Shown: positions 18,353 to 28,700 of the stretch, piece after piece
Numbering within the stretch: position 1 is the stretch's first letter
Layout of the letters: every line of letters starts with the position of its first letter
Virus record (IMG/VR): IMGVR_UViG_3300023184_000163
Location: 1-54,344 of that record
Length of the DNA: 54,344 nt
Source of the DNA: a virus
Taxonomy: Duplodnaviria > Caudoviricetes
Reading direction: 5' to 3' (one strand)
Notes under the pieces: model-generated
What the model was told of the DNA's origin: nothing
Databases searched by the model: none
Seen by the model: only the letters and a program-made list of their open reading frames with translations
Position numbers and translations under genes: made by a program

Positions 18353-21300
18353 AACGTCCTAATTTACTTGAACTATTTGCTAAGTTTTTAATTCCTGTTT
18401 CAGGATCACCCGTACTACCTGTAAAACCAATAGTTTTAAGAATATTATTTATAAGTTTATAATCTCCTTCTTCTTCCCAAGGATATGGTCCAGCATCTCT
18501 TTGATATTTAGCTGCATCTTCTCCAGTTAATCCATTAAAAATATTAGCTGCAATTTCTCCATATAAAAGCAATGTGTTTGCAAATACAGAACTTGTAGAA
18601 GTGAGCATTTTACCATAATCATCTAATCCAAAATTAAGTCCCATTATTTTAGGTAAAGGTATAAAAGCTGTAGTTTCTGCATTTACTCCTTGCATTAATA
18701 ATAATGTTTGATTTATCATATAACCTTGAGTATCATAACCTTTAGTTCCAAAAGCTTCAGAACGTTCTGCTATTTTTTTCCATTTATCTTCATCATCTTC
18801 ATCATAACCAAATAATAAAGCTGTTAAAAGTGCAAAACTTGTAATAAAAAGTGACTCAGCTGCAAGTTTTTTTAAAGCTATTTTTTCATCAGCACGTAAA
18901 TATTTAGCTTTTTGTCCTCTGCTTTTAATCATTTCCCACATAGCAGAAAATGCAGTTAAATAATATCCTTTTACAGTTTTACCAAGTGCCCAATCATAAC
19001 GAGGCATAAATTTTGGTGTTAGTTTACCTTTTTCCCATATAACTTCAGAACCAAATCTATTTATAAACATTGGAGTAAACCATTTTCTCATAAACATATA
19101 TAATCTATATAAAGTATATTTATTACCTTCTGGTTGACCCATAGAATCATATGCTCCAAATAATGCTCTTGAAGTTCCTTGTACTTGATTTCTAAACATA
19201 TTAAAACCTTCAGCTTTTGCAATTATAATTTCATCACCTTCAGCTAATTCTAAAACTGAACTAATTTTATTTTTTGCTATTAACTCTTCTTCAGTTACAT
19301 TGTATTGTTTAGCAATTAAAGCTAAAGTTTCTCCTTTAACAAAAGTATGATAAACATGTGTATTATTCCATTTAGGATGTATTCCTTTTTTTAATGTAAT
19401 TATTCCTTCAGAATTATTTTCCCAAGCATCTACATAACGTATTAATTGAACAGTGCCATCAGGCATAGTCATATCAACTTTTTGTGCATTTAAAAATGAA
19501 CCAAATAATGATAATGCAACTTCCATTTCACCAAACTTTCTATGCATATATAGCCATTCTCCATCAATTAAGTCTTTATATAAACTTCTTGAAACTGAAC
19601 GACCCATATTATCTTTTGTTCTAAAAGCAGGATCAAACATTTCTATTAATTGAGTAGTAAATGCTGGAGGACCTACTGCATATATTCCTTTTTTAGATGA
19701 CCAATTAATCATTGATTTAAAAGCCCATGATCTACCAAATGCTAAATCTTTTAATCCTATATGTTCATTTCCTGATGCTTCAATTATTAATTGAACCATT
19801 GCACCATATTTGTTTTTTAAATCAGAAGGTATATTAATAGCTAATGAAGCCATAGCAGAAATTTTTTGCATTCCATTTAGCAAAGCTGTTATTTTTGGAT
19901 AGTTTTCACTAGTTTCAGATTGATGTACACCATAAAATTCTCTTTCAAATAAAGATTTAACTTGTCCTAATACATTATTTTCTGAACCTTTTTTAGTTAC
20001 ATTTTCTAAAACACCATAAGCATTATATATATCTCTTCTAAATTCATTTTCTGCTTTAGGTTGAGCTTCAGAACTTGACAAAGTTTCAATTAAAGATTTC
20101 ATTAATGGTAAATTTTCTTCTAATACACTATATGTTTCTAATGATAAAGAATATCTCATTAAACTTTTAAATACATCTGGAGAAACTACATTAGGTTCTA
20201 AGTTATATAATCCTGATACAGGTATATAATTCATTTTTTGTCCAAAAGCATCTGTATTTACTAAATTGTTTTCAGGATTATAATTAAAATTATTTTCAAC
20301 ATTTACTTTAGACTGTCCAAACATTTGTTTAAAAAATTCTGTTGTATTTGCTTTTATTTGATTATATCTTTCAGAAGCATTTCCACTTTGTAAAACATCT
20401 AATTTAGAATCAATAACATATCTAGGAACATCTAAATATAATTTTGTTACATTAGCTTTATTTTCTTGACCTTGTAAATGATATTCAGTAATTGCATTTA
20501 GTAATTCAAAAGTTGCACTATTAGATCTTTTTAAATCAGCATATTTTTTATTCATATATTTATCTGTTTTTGCTCCTTTTGATGTACCATCATACATTTT
20601 TGGTAAAAAATTACCTTTATTATCTATTATTTTCCCAATATAAGTGTTTTTATCTTCTTCTGTTAAATTATATGGTAATGTTCTATATTTATCTTTTACA
20701 TTAAAAACTGAATGTCTTATATTTGGAACACCCATAATTAAAATTTCTTCTCCTGTAGCTTCATTTAATATTTTAGTAGTTTTAATTAATGAAGGATCCG
20801 ATGGAACAGTAATATTATTAACTACTGTTCTTTGATATTTATTTACATAATCTTTTTTTGTAATATCAAAAGTTTTTTTAGTAACATGGTTTAATATAAA
20901 CCATTCTTGAAAAGACTCATCATTAGCTACAATATCATAAAATTCATCTGAATTAATAAATGCATCAACATCATCACTTAATATTTGAGTATTAAGGTAT
21001 TTTGATAAACGAAAGTTTAATTCATCCATATAATAATCAGTAGGTAAAGTAGCAGATGAATCACCTAATTCATTATAAATAGCATTTAACTCAACAGTTT
21101 CTTCAATTGTAAGCCCTTTTCCTGATGATTTTTCTAATAAATATAAATATCTTTTTTCTTCATCTTTTGTTAAGGTTCTTTTTTTGGCTGAAAGAACATA
21201 GTTTATTAATTCTTCACTTTCAGTTTTAGATAAACCTCCTACATTTTTATTGTTAAATCTATAATCATTAATTTTTTGTTGTAAGTCTTTAATTTTTTTT

Positions 21301-24300
21301 ATTTTTTCAACACCTAATGCTTTTGGATCAGGTTGTCCTTGTTCATCTTTATATGTATATATTAAATCACCAATTTCTTTATAATTAGTACTTACATTAA
21401 AGTCAGATTCAGAAACTTTCATTTTTTCTTGTAGTTCTGACAATCTTGTTAATAATTCTGATCTTTTTTCATAATATTTAGGATCATAAACAAGTTTGGT
21501 GTTCATTTTAATCCAATCTTTTAATTTTACATTGTACTCATCACTATTAATTTTTACACCCTGTGTTATTAATTGATTTATAAATTCATTATATCCTTTT
21601 TGTAATGAACCAGGAACAGCAACATATTCATTAAAGTCTTTAGTTGCATTTCTATGTTCTCTTAAAAGTAAAGCTTTACTAAGATCATAAATTTCATTTG
21701 CTTCATCATCTATTTTAGGAGTACCATCTTCATAATACAATGAATAAAGAGATTGATACTTATGCCATGCTGCATCAGTAATAGTATAACTTTCAAATCT
21801 TTCTAATTCATTATGCAATTTATTTGATTCTGCATTAAACTCATCTAAAGCTAATTTTCTATCTAACCAAGCTAACTGACCTATTTTTGAGTCTTCAAAA
21901 ATTTTATCTTTTTCATAGTATTCAGGAACAAATTCTCTGTTCATGTAATCTTCATTAAAAGTTTTTAATTCTAACTCAGCTTTTTTAAGTTTATCAACAT
22001 CACCATCTTTACGTGCTTCATCTACATTAAACTCTAAGTTATCTAGATCATATCTCCAACCATTTCCAAAAGCATTTAAAAAAGTATAAACTTCTCTTTT
22101 TTCCATCTTATTAGTTTCTTTATTAAAAAAAGAAACACTATCTAAGTCAGAAACTAAATTTAACATGTCTCTTGAATTCCATTTACTAAATTCACTAATT
22201 TTTGGTAAAAGATTTTGTAATTTATTTCTAAAAGATAAAGATGCTTTCCACATTCTCTGTTCTGCTTCTTTTTTCTGATTATCAATATAAATTGCTAATG
22301 AACCTACTATAGGACTATTACTAGAACTATAACTTTCCATAAATCTATTTAAAATAGAAACATCTTTGTATTTACCTTCTAATGTTTTAATTATTGTATC
22401 TTTATTAATTATAAAATAATTAAATCTATCAATTATTTCTTTAATATATTTTTGCTCAACACCTTTATTTGATAATTCTTCTAAATCTTTTTCAGTAATA
22501 GTATTATTTTTAACTTTATTAAAAAAATCATTAAATTCTGATTCTGTTAATTTACCATCAATAGCTGATAATAAATCTTTATTTGCTTGAACAGTAACAA
22601 AATCACTCATATATTTTGTATTTTCTACAAAAAAGTTAATTGAGTTAATTTTAGAAATTTCTACTGCAATTTTTTCCCCACGTATAATATTTAAATTTAT
22701 TTGACTTAATAATTGTGAAAATGGATTTGTATTATCTACTACAAAATCTTTAGTAAGAATACCATCAATATCTGATAATGATTGATACCATCTAGCTAAT
22801 GCATTTCTATATAAACTTAATAAGTAAATATCATCTCTAGAACCAAAATTTTTCTTTTTCTTAAGTTTTTCTAAATTTTCTATAATTATATTAGTAACAT
22901 TATTAGTTACTTCTAAAGAGTTAACTAAAGATAAAGCACGGTTATTTAAATCTTTTAATCTTGCAGCTTCAGCATCTAATGCATTATCTAATATAACATC
23001 AATAGAATTATTATTAGACTTTAAAATAGTTTGATATGTTCTTAATGCTTTTTGTACAGCTGGAATTAATTTATTTGTTCCTTTTTCTATAAAACTTTCT
23101 AAAACTATTTTTTTAGTATTTTCATTAGTTCTATGTTTTCGAGCCATTTCTAATATTGATTGATTAGCAGCATACTGAGTATTAATAGACTCAGTAATTG
23201 CTTTTGTAGATGCACTATCAATTAATACTTTAGCTTTTTCTGTTTCATTTCTTAAAAACATTGCAACATCTTCTTCTTTAATGTTACTGGATTCAAAAAC
23301 AAAATCTTTTTCTAAAAGCATATCTGCTAATTTTTCTATAGATGTATTTACATTTAAATCTTTTATAACTTTTTCATTACCAAATACTTTTTTTAATAAT
23401 AATTTTATTTGATATAATAAATTTTTAATAAAACTATCAAAACCTTTAGTTTCAATTTTATTTGCTAATATATTAGCAGCATGTGTTTGTAATGACCAAG
23501 CTAAAGCTTCTTCTTTAAACTTAATTGAATCTTTTTCAAGTTCTGGATACATTTCAGTTACATAATCAACAATTTGTTGACCTTCTGTAGTTGATTCTAA
23601 TAGATTAAATAAATTATTAAATAGTTCAGAATTAGATACAGCAATTCCTTGTAACAGAGGGTGTGAAAATTCATGCAATACTGTATTAATTGATACATTA
23701 TCCCCTACAGTATAAATTGTACCTGCAAAATAAAATCCAGGTTCACCTTGATATGGAACTTTAGTTTTTTTTAATAAATCAATTGCTTGTTCTTGAGTTA
23801 TGTTTGCATAATTTACTTTAAGACCTAATGATAATCTTTGACTTAAAACAGATACTATTTCTTTTGCTCTTGCATTTTGTATAGTAGATAAATCAAATTC
23901 AAAAGAAGGTTGAATTAAATTTTCTGAATATCTTTGAAATACTATATTATCAAGATCTTTATTAGGTTCAATAGTTAATTCATTCCAAGTATTACCATAC
24001 TCATCTGTAATTTTTATTATACGTTCTTTACCAAATTGTTTTTTAAGAATATTAAATAAAGTGTTTTCATAAAAAGTATAAATAGGTCTAAGCTTAGCAA
24101 AACCACCTTCTTCTAAATCTTTTAATTCTTGCTTATACGTATTTAAACGATTTTGTAAATCATTAATAGCTTCTCTAACTCCTTTTTCATAAACATCTTT
24201 TGAATAAAAAGGTTTTACTTCTTCATATGTTTGAGTTTGTAATTTTAATATTTGTTCTTCACTTCCTTTTATAATATCTAAAAGATTTTGTTTTCTTCCT

Positions 24301-25727
24301 TGTAATGTTTGATGCCCTTCTACTTTACTAGCTGTATCACCAGTAGGAAATAATACTTTTTCATATCCTTTCTTAGCACTATCTTGCATGATAGATTTAA
24401 CAAAGAATGTTACCCAGTTATTGTCTTTGTTTAGTAGTTGTAAGAATTGATTTTGTTTATTATTTTCTTTACTAAGATAACTTTCTGCTATATTTTTTTC
24501 ATCTTTTGTTAATTCTTCTCCTTGCTCATATCTAAATATTATATCTTCAATATTAACAGGAGGGACCTCTCTAGTTAATAATTGTTTATCCCTACTTTTT
24601 TGAAACAAATCAGATTGTACTTCTAGTATTCTACGGGATCTAGAATTAATCCCTATAGAATCTTCTGCTTCTTTCTTTGTGTTATAGATTCCTAGTTTTG
24701 TCTTTGTGCGTCTATCGGTCACATGGAATTGATTGTTATACTCAAATATTTCTTGTCCTCCTATATATTTAGTAGGGTAACTACTTCTATCTTCTATAAA
24801 ATTATAGTAAGTATACAAACTATTCTGTACATGTTTTGTAGAAACATATTCATCACTTCTAAACCACCCTATACCCTGGTCTGTAGCAAACTGAGCATGT
24901 CCTTTAATAGAAGGAGTAATTTCTGGTGTAGCTATTTCTTGTTCTGTATAATTAGTACCACCTGGAACTGATAGATTAGAATAGTATTGAGTATTTCTAT
25001 CTCCTAAATTTTCAGTTTTTTTATATTGTTCAGTAGCTAAATTATATTCTTCTTTAGTTATTACATTACCATTTTTTCTATAAGTATCTATTTTAGAATA
25101 ATCATCACCATTTAAAGTAAATCTATCATATCCTACATTAGCACTTTCAATAGATTCAGTAGCAATATTAATATCAACAGTATAACTATAAGCAGCAGCA
25201 ATAGCTACAGCTATTTCATCTTTAGTCATTCCTGGTTTAGCAACTTCTTTAAATAGTTCAAGTTGTTGATTAGATACTCCTTGTTTTTGAAGATCATTTA
25301 ACCAACCTTGAAGTTTAGAAGTTTCAAAATTACTTCTATTTATTTTACCTAATGTTTCAACTATCTTTAATGAATAATTAACACTTGGTGTTTTCATAAA
25401 CATAGGTTGATCTGTATCAGGTCTATTTTCATATTCATTTACAAGAATATCTAACTGAGTAAATAATGCTTCATTAGGGATTGCTCTATATACATTATAT
25501 GTAGAGTCTCTATAATATGGAGTATCTTTTAAATAAATAGATTTTTGTTCCCCAGCAGAAAATAATTTTTCATCACCAGTTTCTAAATTATATTTAGTTT
25601 TAGCATACTCAGTTAAAGTATTATTAAGCTCATTAAATAATGATAAATCAAGAATTTTTCTTATATCATCGGTAGCACCATTTTTAATTAAATAGTCAAG
25701 TGAATTAATTTTTGAATTACAGCTCAT
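18351..25727 (-). CDS. Giant virion/ejection protein (2458 aa) with polyvalent-protein-type N-terminal domain, zincin-like HExxH and LysM
   Basis: PGGTNYTE...GH...GWFRSD...ILEVQSDLFQ domain; TVLHEFSH...EEALA; LysM HTFVKGETLALIAKQYNVTEEELIAKN...GDEIII; hydrophobic segment near the C-terminus; adjacent to the RNAP gene. Confidence 0.8.
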   Translation of the reverse strand: MSCNSKINSLDYLIKNGATDDIRKILDLSLFNELNNTLTEYAKTKYNLETGDEKLFSAGEQKSIYLKDTPYYRDSTYNVYRAIPNEALFTQLDILVNEYENRPDTDQPMFMKTPSVNYSLKIVETLGKINRSNFETSKLQGWLNDLQKQGVSNQQLELFKEVAKPGMTKDEIAVAIAAAYSYTVDINIATESIESANVGYDRFTLNGDDYSKIDTYRKNGNVITKEEYNLATEQYKKTENLGDRNTQYYSNLSVPGGTNYTEQEIATPEITPSIKGHAQFATDQGIGWFRSDEYVSTKHVQNSLYTYYNFIEDRSSYPTKYIGGQEIFEYNNQFHVTDRRTKTKLGIYNTKKEAEDSIGINSRSRRILEVQSDLFQKSRDKQLLTREVPPVNIEDIIFRYEQGEELTKDEKNIAESYLSKENNKQNQFLQLLNKDNNWVTFFVKSIMQDSAKKGYEKVLFPTGDTASKVEGHQTLQGRKQNLLDIIKGSEEQILKLQTQTYEEVKPFYSKDVYEKGVREAINDLQNRLNTYKQELKDLEEGGFAKLRPIYTFYENTLFNILKKQFGKERIIKITDEYGNTWNELTIEPNKDLDNIVFQRYSENLIQPSFEFDLSTIQNARAKEIVSVLSQRLSLGLKVNYANITQEQAIDLLKKTKVPYQGEPGFYFAGTIYTVGDNVSINTVLHEFSHPLLQGIAVSNSELFNNLFNLLESTTEGQQIVDYVTEMYPELEKDSIKFKEEALAWSLQTHAANILANKIETKGFDSFIKNLLYQIKLLLKKVFGNEKVIKDLNVNTSIEKLADMLLEKDFVFESSNIKEEDVAMFLRNETEKAKVLIDSASTKAITESINTQYAANQSILEMARKHRTNENTKKIVLESFIEKGTNKLIPAVQKALRTYQTILKSNNNSIDVILDNALDAEAARLKDLNNRALSLVNSLEVTNNVTNIIIENLEKLKKKKNFGSRDDIYLLSLYRNALARWYQSLSDIDGILTKDFVVDNTNPFSQLLSQINLNIIRGEKIAVEISKINSINFFVENTKYMSDFVTVQANKDLLSAIDGKLTESEFNDFFNKVKNNTITEKDLEELSNKGVEQKYIKEIIDRFNYFIINKDTIIKTLEGKYKDVSILNRFMESYSSSNSPIVGSLAIYIDNQKKEAEQRMWKASLSFRNKLQNLLPKISEFSKWNSRDMLNLVSDLDSVSFFNKETNKMEKREVYTFLNAFGNGWRYDLDNLEFNVDEARKDGDVDKLKKAELELKTFNEDYMNREFVPEYYEKDKIFEDSKIGQLAWLDRKLALDEFNAESNKLHNELERFESYTITDAAWHKYQSLYSLYYEDGTPKIDDEANEIYDLSKALLLREHRNATKDFNEYVAVPGSLQKGYNEFINQLITQGVKINSDEYNVKLKDWIKMNTKLVYDPKYYEKRSELLTRLSELQEKMKVSESDFNVSTNYKEIGDLIYTYKDEQGQPDPKALGVEKIKKIKDLQQKINDYRFNNKNVGGLSKTESEELINYVLSAKKRTLTKDEEKRYLYLLEKSSGKGLTIEETVELNAIYNELGDSSATLPTDYYMDELNFRLSKYLNTQILSDDVDAFINSDEFYDIVANDESFQEWFILNHVTKKTFDITKKDYVNKYQRTVVNNITVPSDPSLIKTTKILNEATGEEILIMGVPNIRHSVFNVKDKYRTLPYNLTEEDKNTYIGKIIDNKGNFLPKMYDGTSKGAKTDKYMNKKYADLKRSNSATFELLNAITEYHLQGQENKANVTKLYLDVPRYVIDSKLDVLQSGNASERYNQIKANTTEFFKQMFGQSKVNVENNFNYNPENNLVNTDAFGQKMNYIPVSGLYNLEPNVVSPDVFKSLMRYSLSLETYSVLEENLPLMKSLIETLSSSEAQPKAENEFRRDIYNAYGVLENVTKKGSENNVLGQVKSLFEREFYGVHQSETSENYPKITALLNGMQKISAMASLAINIPSDLKNKYGAMVQLIIEASGNEHIGLKDLAFGRSWAFKSMINWSSKKGIYAVGPPAFTTQLIEMFDPAFRTKDNMGRSVSRSLYKDLIDGEWLYMHRKFGEMEVALSLFGSFLNAQKVDMTMPDGTVQLIRYVDAWENNSEGIITLKKGIHPKWNNTHVYHTFVKGETLALIAKQYNVTEEELIAKNKISSVLELAEGDEIIIAKAEGFNMFRNQVQGTSRALFGAYDSMGQPEGNKYTLYRLYMFMRKWFTPMFINRFGSEVIWEKGKLTPKFMPRYDWALGKTVKGYYLTAFSAMWEMIKSRGQKAKYLRADEKIALKKLAAESLFITSFALLTALLFGYDEDDEDKWKKIAERSEAFGTKGYDTQGYMINQTLLLMQGVNAETTAFIPLPKIMGLNFGLDDYGKMLTSTSSVFANTLLLYGEIAANIFNGLTGEDAAKYQRDAGPYPWEEEGDYKLINNILKTIGFTGSTGDPETGIKNLANSSSKLGR

Positions 25728-25732
25728 TATTT

Positions 25733-28700
25733 TTATATTTTACAAGTAAAAGGATCTTCTTCTAAACCAAAGTTATCTAAAATTTCTTGATCTGAGATGC
25801 CTTGTCTATTTTTTACTAATTTTTGCAAGTCTTTATACATTGTAGAACCTGGATTTAAAAAACCAATAGGTTGTTGATATAGTTCTTTTGAAAGATGTAT
25901 AAATAATTCTTTAGGCATTTCAGTAACACTTCCATAACCTGTACTTAAAAATGCAACAGGTAAACCATCTTTAACTAATGTATTAATTAACTCAAATTGT
26001 TCATTATAATAATTAATAATATTGTTATAAAAATCAGATGGTAAATCTTTCATGTTATCAGTCATATTATTCTGTGCTACTGGTAATCCAATAGACATTT
26101 CTGATGCAATATTTTTAATAACTGATTTACCGGTTGCTTGTGCCTTATTTTGTAAAATAGCAATTGAAGTTGGGTAAACAAAAGTAACATCAGTATTTTT
26201 AGATAAAACATTATTATAGTTAGTTGGAATAAAATTAATATCATCCATTATAAAAACATTAGGATTTTTTGTTTCCATTAAACCATATCTTTCATTTGTT
26301 TTAACAACATCTAAATCTTCTTCAGTACTAACAGAAGGTAAAATGTCAGACTTACTTGTTTTTTTCATATTAGATAAATCATCAAGATTAAAGTCAAGTA
26401 AATAATTTTGGAATCTACCTTTATCAGTTTTAGATCTATTATTTTCTCTAATAAATCTAGAATATAACATATCTAAAAATTTATTTGCTAAAGTATTATC
26501 TTCTAAAACATTGATTAATTTTTTAGATTCATCATTTACAAGATTTATAAAATCATTATACTGTACAATATTTGTAAAATTAAATTTAGTTTTATTAATA
26601 CCTGTTTGCATAAATGCATAAAAAGGTAACTTTGAAAAGAAATCACTTATCATAATATTTTCTGCATCATTGTCTACTTTTTTAATACCAGGATTAGAAA
26701 GATCTAATAAATTTTTATGATATAAATTAGATATATCATTAGTAAAATCTTTTTCAGCTACATATAAATTAAACATTGTTTTTGCAGCATTAGGTTCATT
26801 TTTAATCTTATTTATAATTGCATAATTACCTTGCAATTCAGTTTTATATTTATTAATAATATTATTAAATTTAACAGCAAATGCTTCTTTAGGATCACTA
26901 AACATGTGATATGGATTTAATGTATTTTCTAAAGCTTTATTTGTAATAAATTTTTCATAAGTAAATCTTTCTGCTTTTGTACCGGAAAACTGTGGATACA
27001 TTTCTTTTATAGTTTTTAATTCAGAATTAAAAGAATATAATTTTTTTATATCAGACATAGAATATATTGATCTTAAGTATTCTCTTTCAGCTACAAATTT
27101 TATATATTCTCCTTCATTAGATTTTTTATCTAAACGGAAATGAGAAATTGATAAAGGATACAAACCTCTTTTAAAATAACTATCTTTTTGTTGTGAATTG
27201 ATATCAAAAACATTTCTAGTAAAGTCATCTTTTATTGCTTTTTCATCTACATATAAAACTTTATTACCTTTTTTATCTTCTTTTACATATGCACCAAATT
27301 TTAATTCATCAACTAAACTAACTGGTATTGTTTTATTAAGAGTATATGATTTATAAGTGTCACTTAATTTATATTTTCTTGCAGCATTTTGGAATAAAAA
27401 ACTAATCATAGCATTTCTAAATGAATTTTTAAATGCAGTTGTATTATTTTTACCAAATGTTTTAAGAGTATCTTTTCTTATTTGACTATTTTTAGTTATT
27501 AAATAACTTGATACAGCATCATTATATCTTAATGGAAATATTAAACTATTAATTGCAATAGATAGTTTACCCATAAAAAATGAACTTATAATACTACTTT
27601 TTTGCATAGCATTTACTAAATCAGGTTCTAACTTACTATTAAATTCTAATAATTCTAAATTTGCTTCTGTTTCTTCAACTTCACTACCTGAGACTTTTAA
27701 TGATGTGTCAGGATTAGATGCCATTTTTAATTCAGTTAAACCTGTAATTTGTTGTTCAATTTGTAAAAAATGTAAAAACATTGCTAATGAAAATTCAGTA
27801 GATATCTTATCAGGATTTGTTTTAGAATCTTTAATAAGATTATACATTTCCTTTTCAGTAAAATAATCATTATTTCTATTTTCAAATACAGCATTTGCTA
27901 ACTCAATTCCTTTGTTATATCTTCTTTCATTAGTTGATAATGATTTTGCAGTTTCTGGTCCAAAATATTTTTTAATAACATTAGAAGCAGAATTAAACTT
28001 AATTAAATTAGGATCTCCTGGAGATTTTCCTAATACATCAGCATAAGTTGATTTTCCTAAATTTTGTTCTTTTACATACTCTCTTACTAAAGGTTGTGAA
28101 ACAAAATAAATAGCTTCTTTAACCGGTACACCTGTTTTAATTAAATATAATAATAAAGGTGCAACTTCATAGTTACCTTGAATAAAAAATATCCAAGCAT
28201 CTTTTTCAACGTCAACCCAACCATTCATCATTTGTGAAAAAACATCTGAGATTTTATTTTTTTTATCAACGTCATATTTATTAGATATAGAAATTAATTT
28301 TACACCATCTTTAAATACCTTATTATGTCTTAACCATAACATTGATTTTCTTTCTTTCTCATTATGTAAAAATGTATCTGGCATAGCAGCACCACCATTA
28401 GTTTCTATAGAATTTATTATAGTATGAAATTTATTTTCTATTGCTCCTAATCCTAGTGTTCTTTTACCTACAACATTTGATTCATGTTTATATATATTAT
28501 ACAATGCTTCAAATACTCTTGTTGGGCTTATAGAAGATTTTTTTGAACCATCTTTATTTTTTTGTTTAACACTTTTATTAAGTTTATCAGAAGATCTATT
28601 TATATACGGATTATAATCCATTACATATTGTGATAAATCATCAGCAATATCTTTTAATAAATATGTTCCATTAGGAGTTATAAGAGATATATAATTTTGT

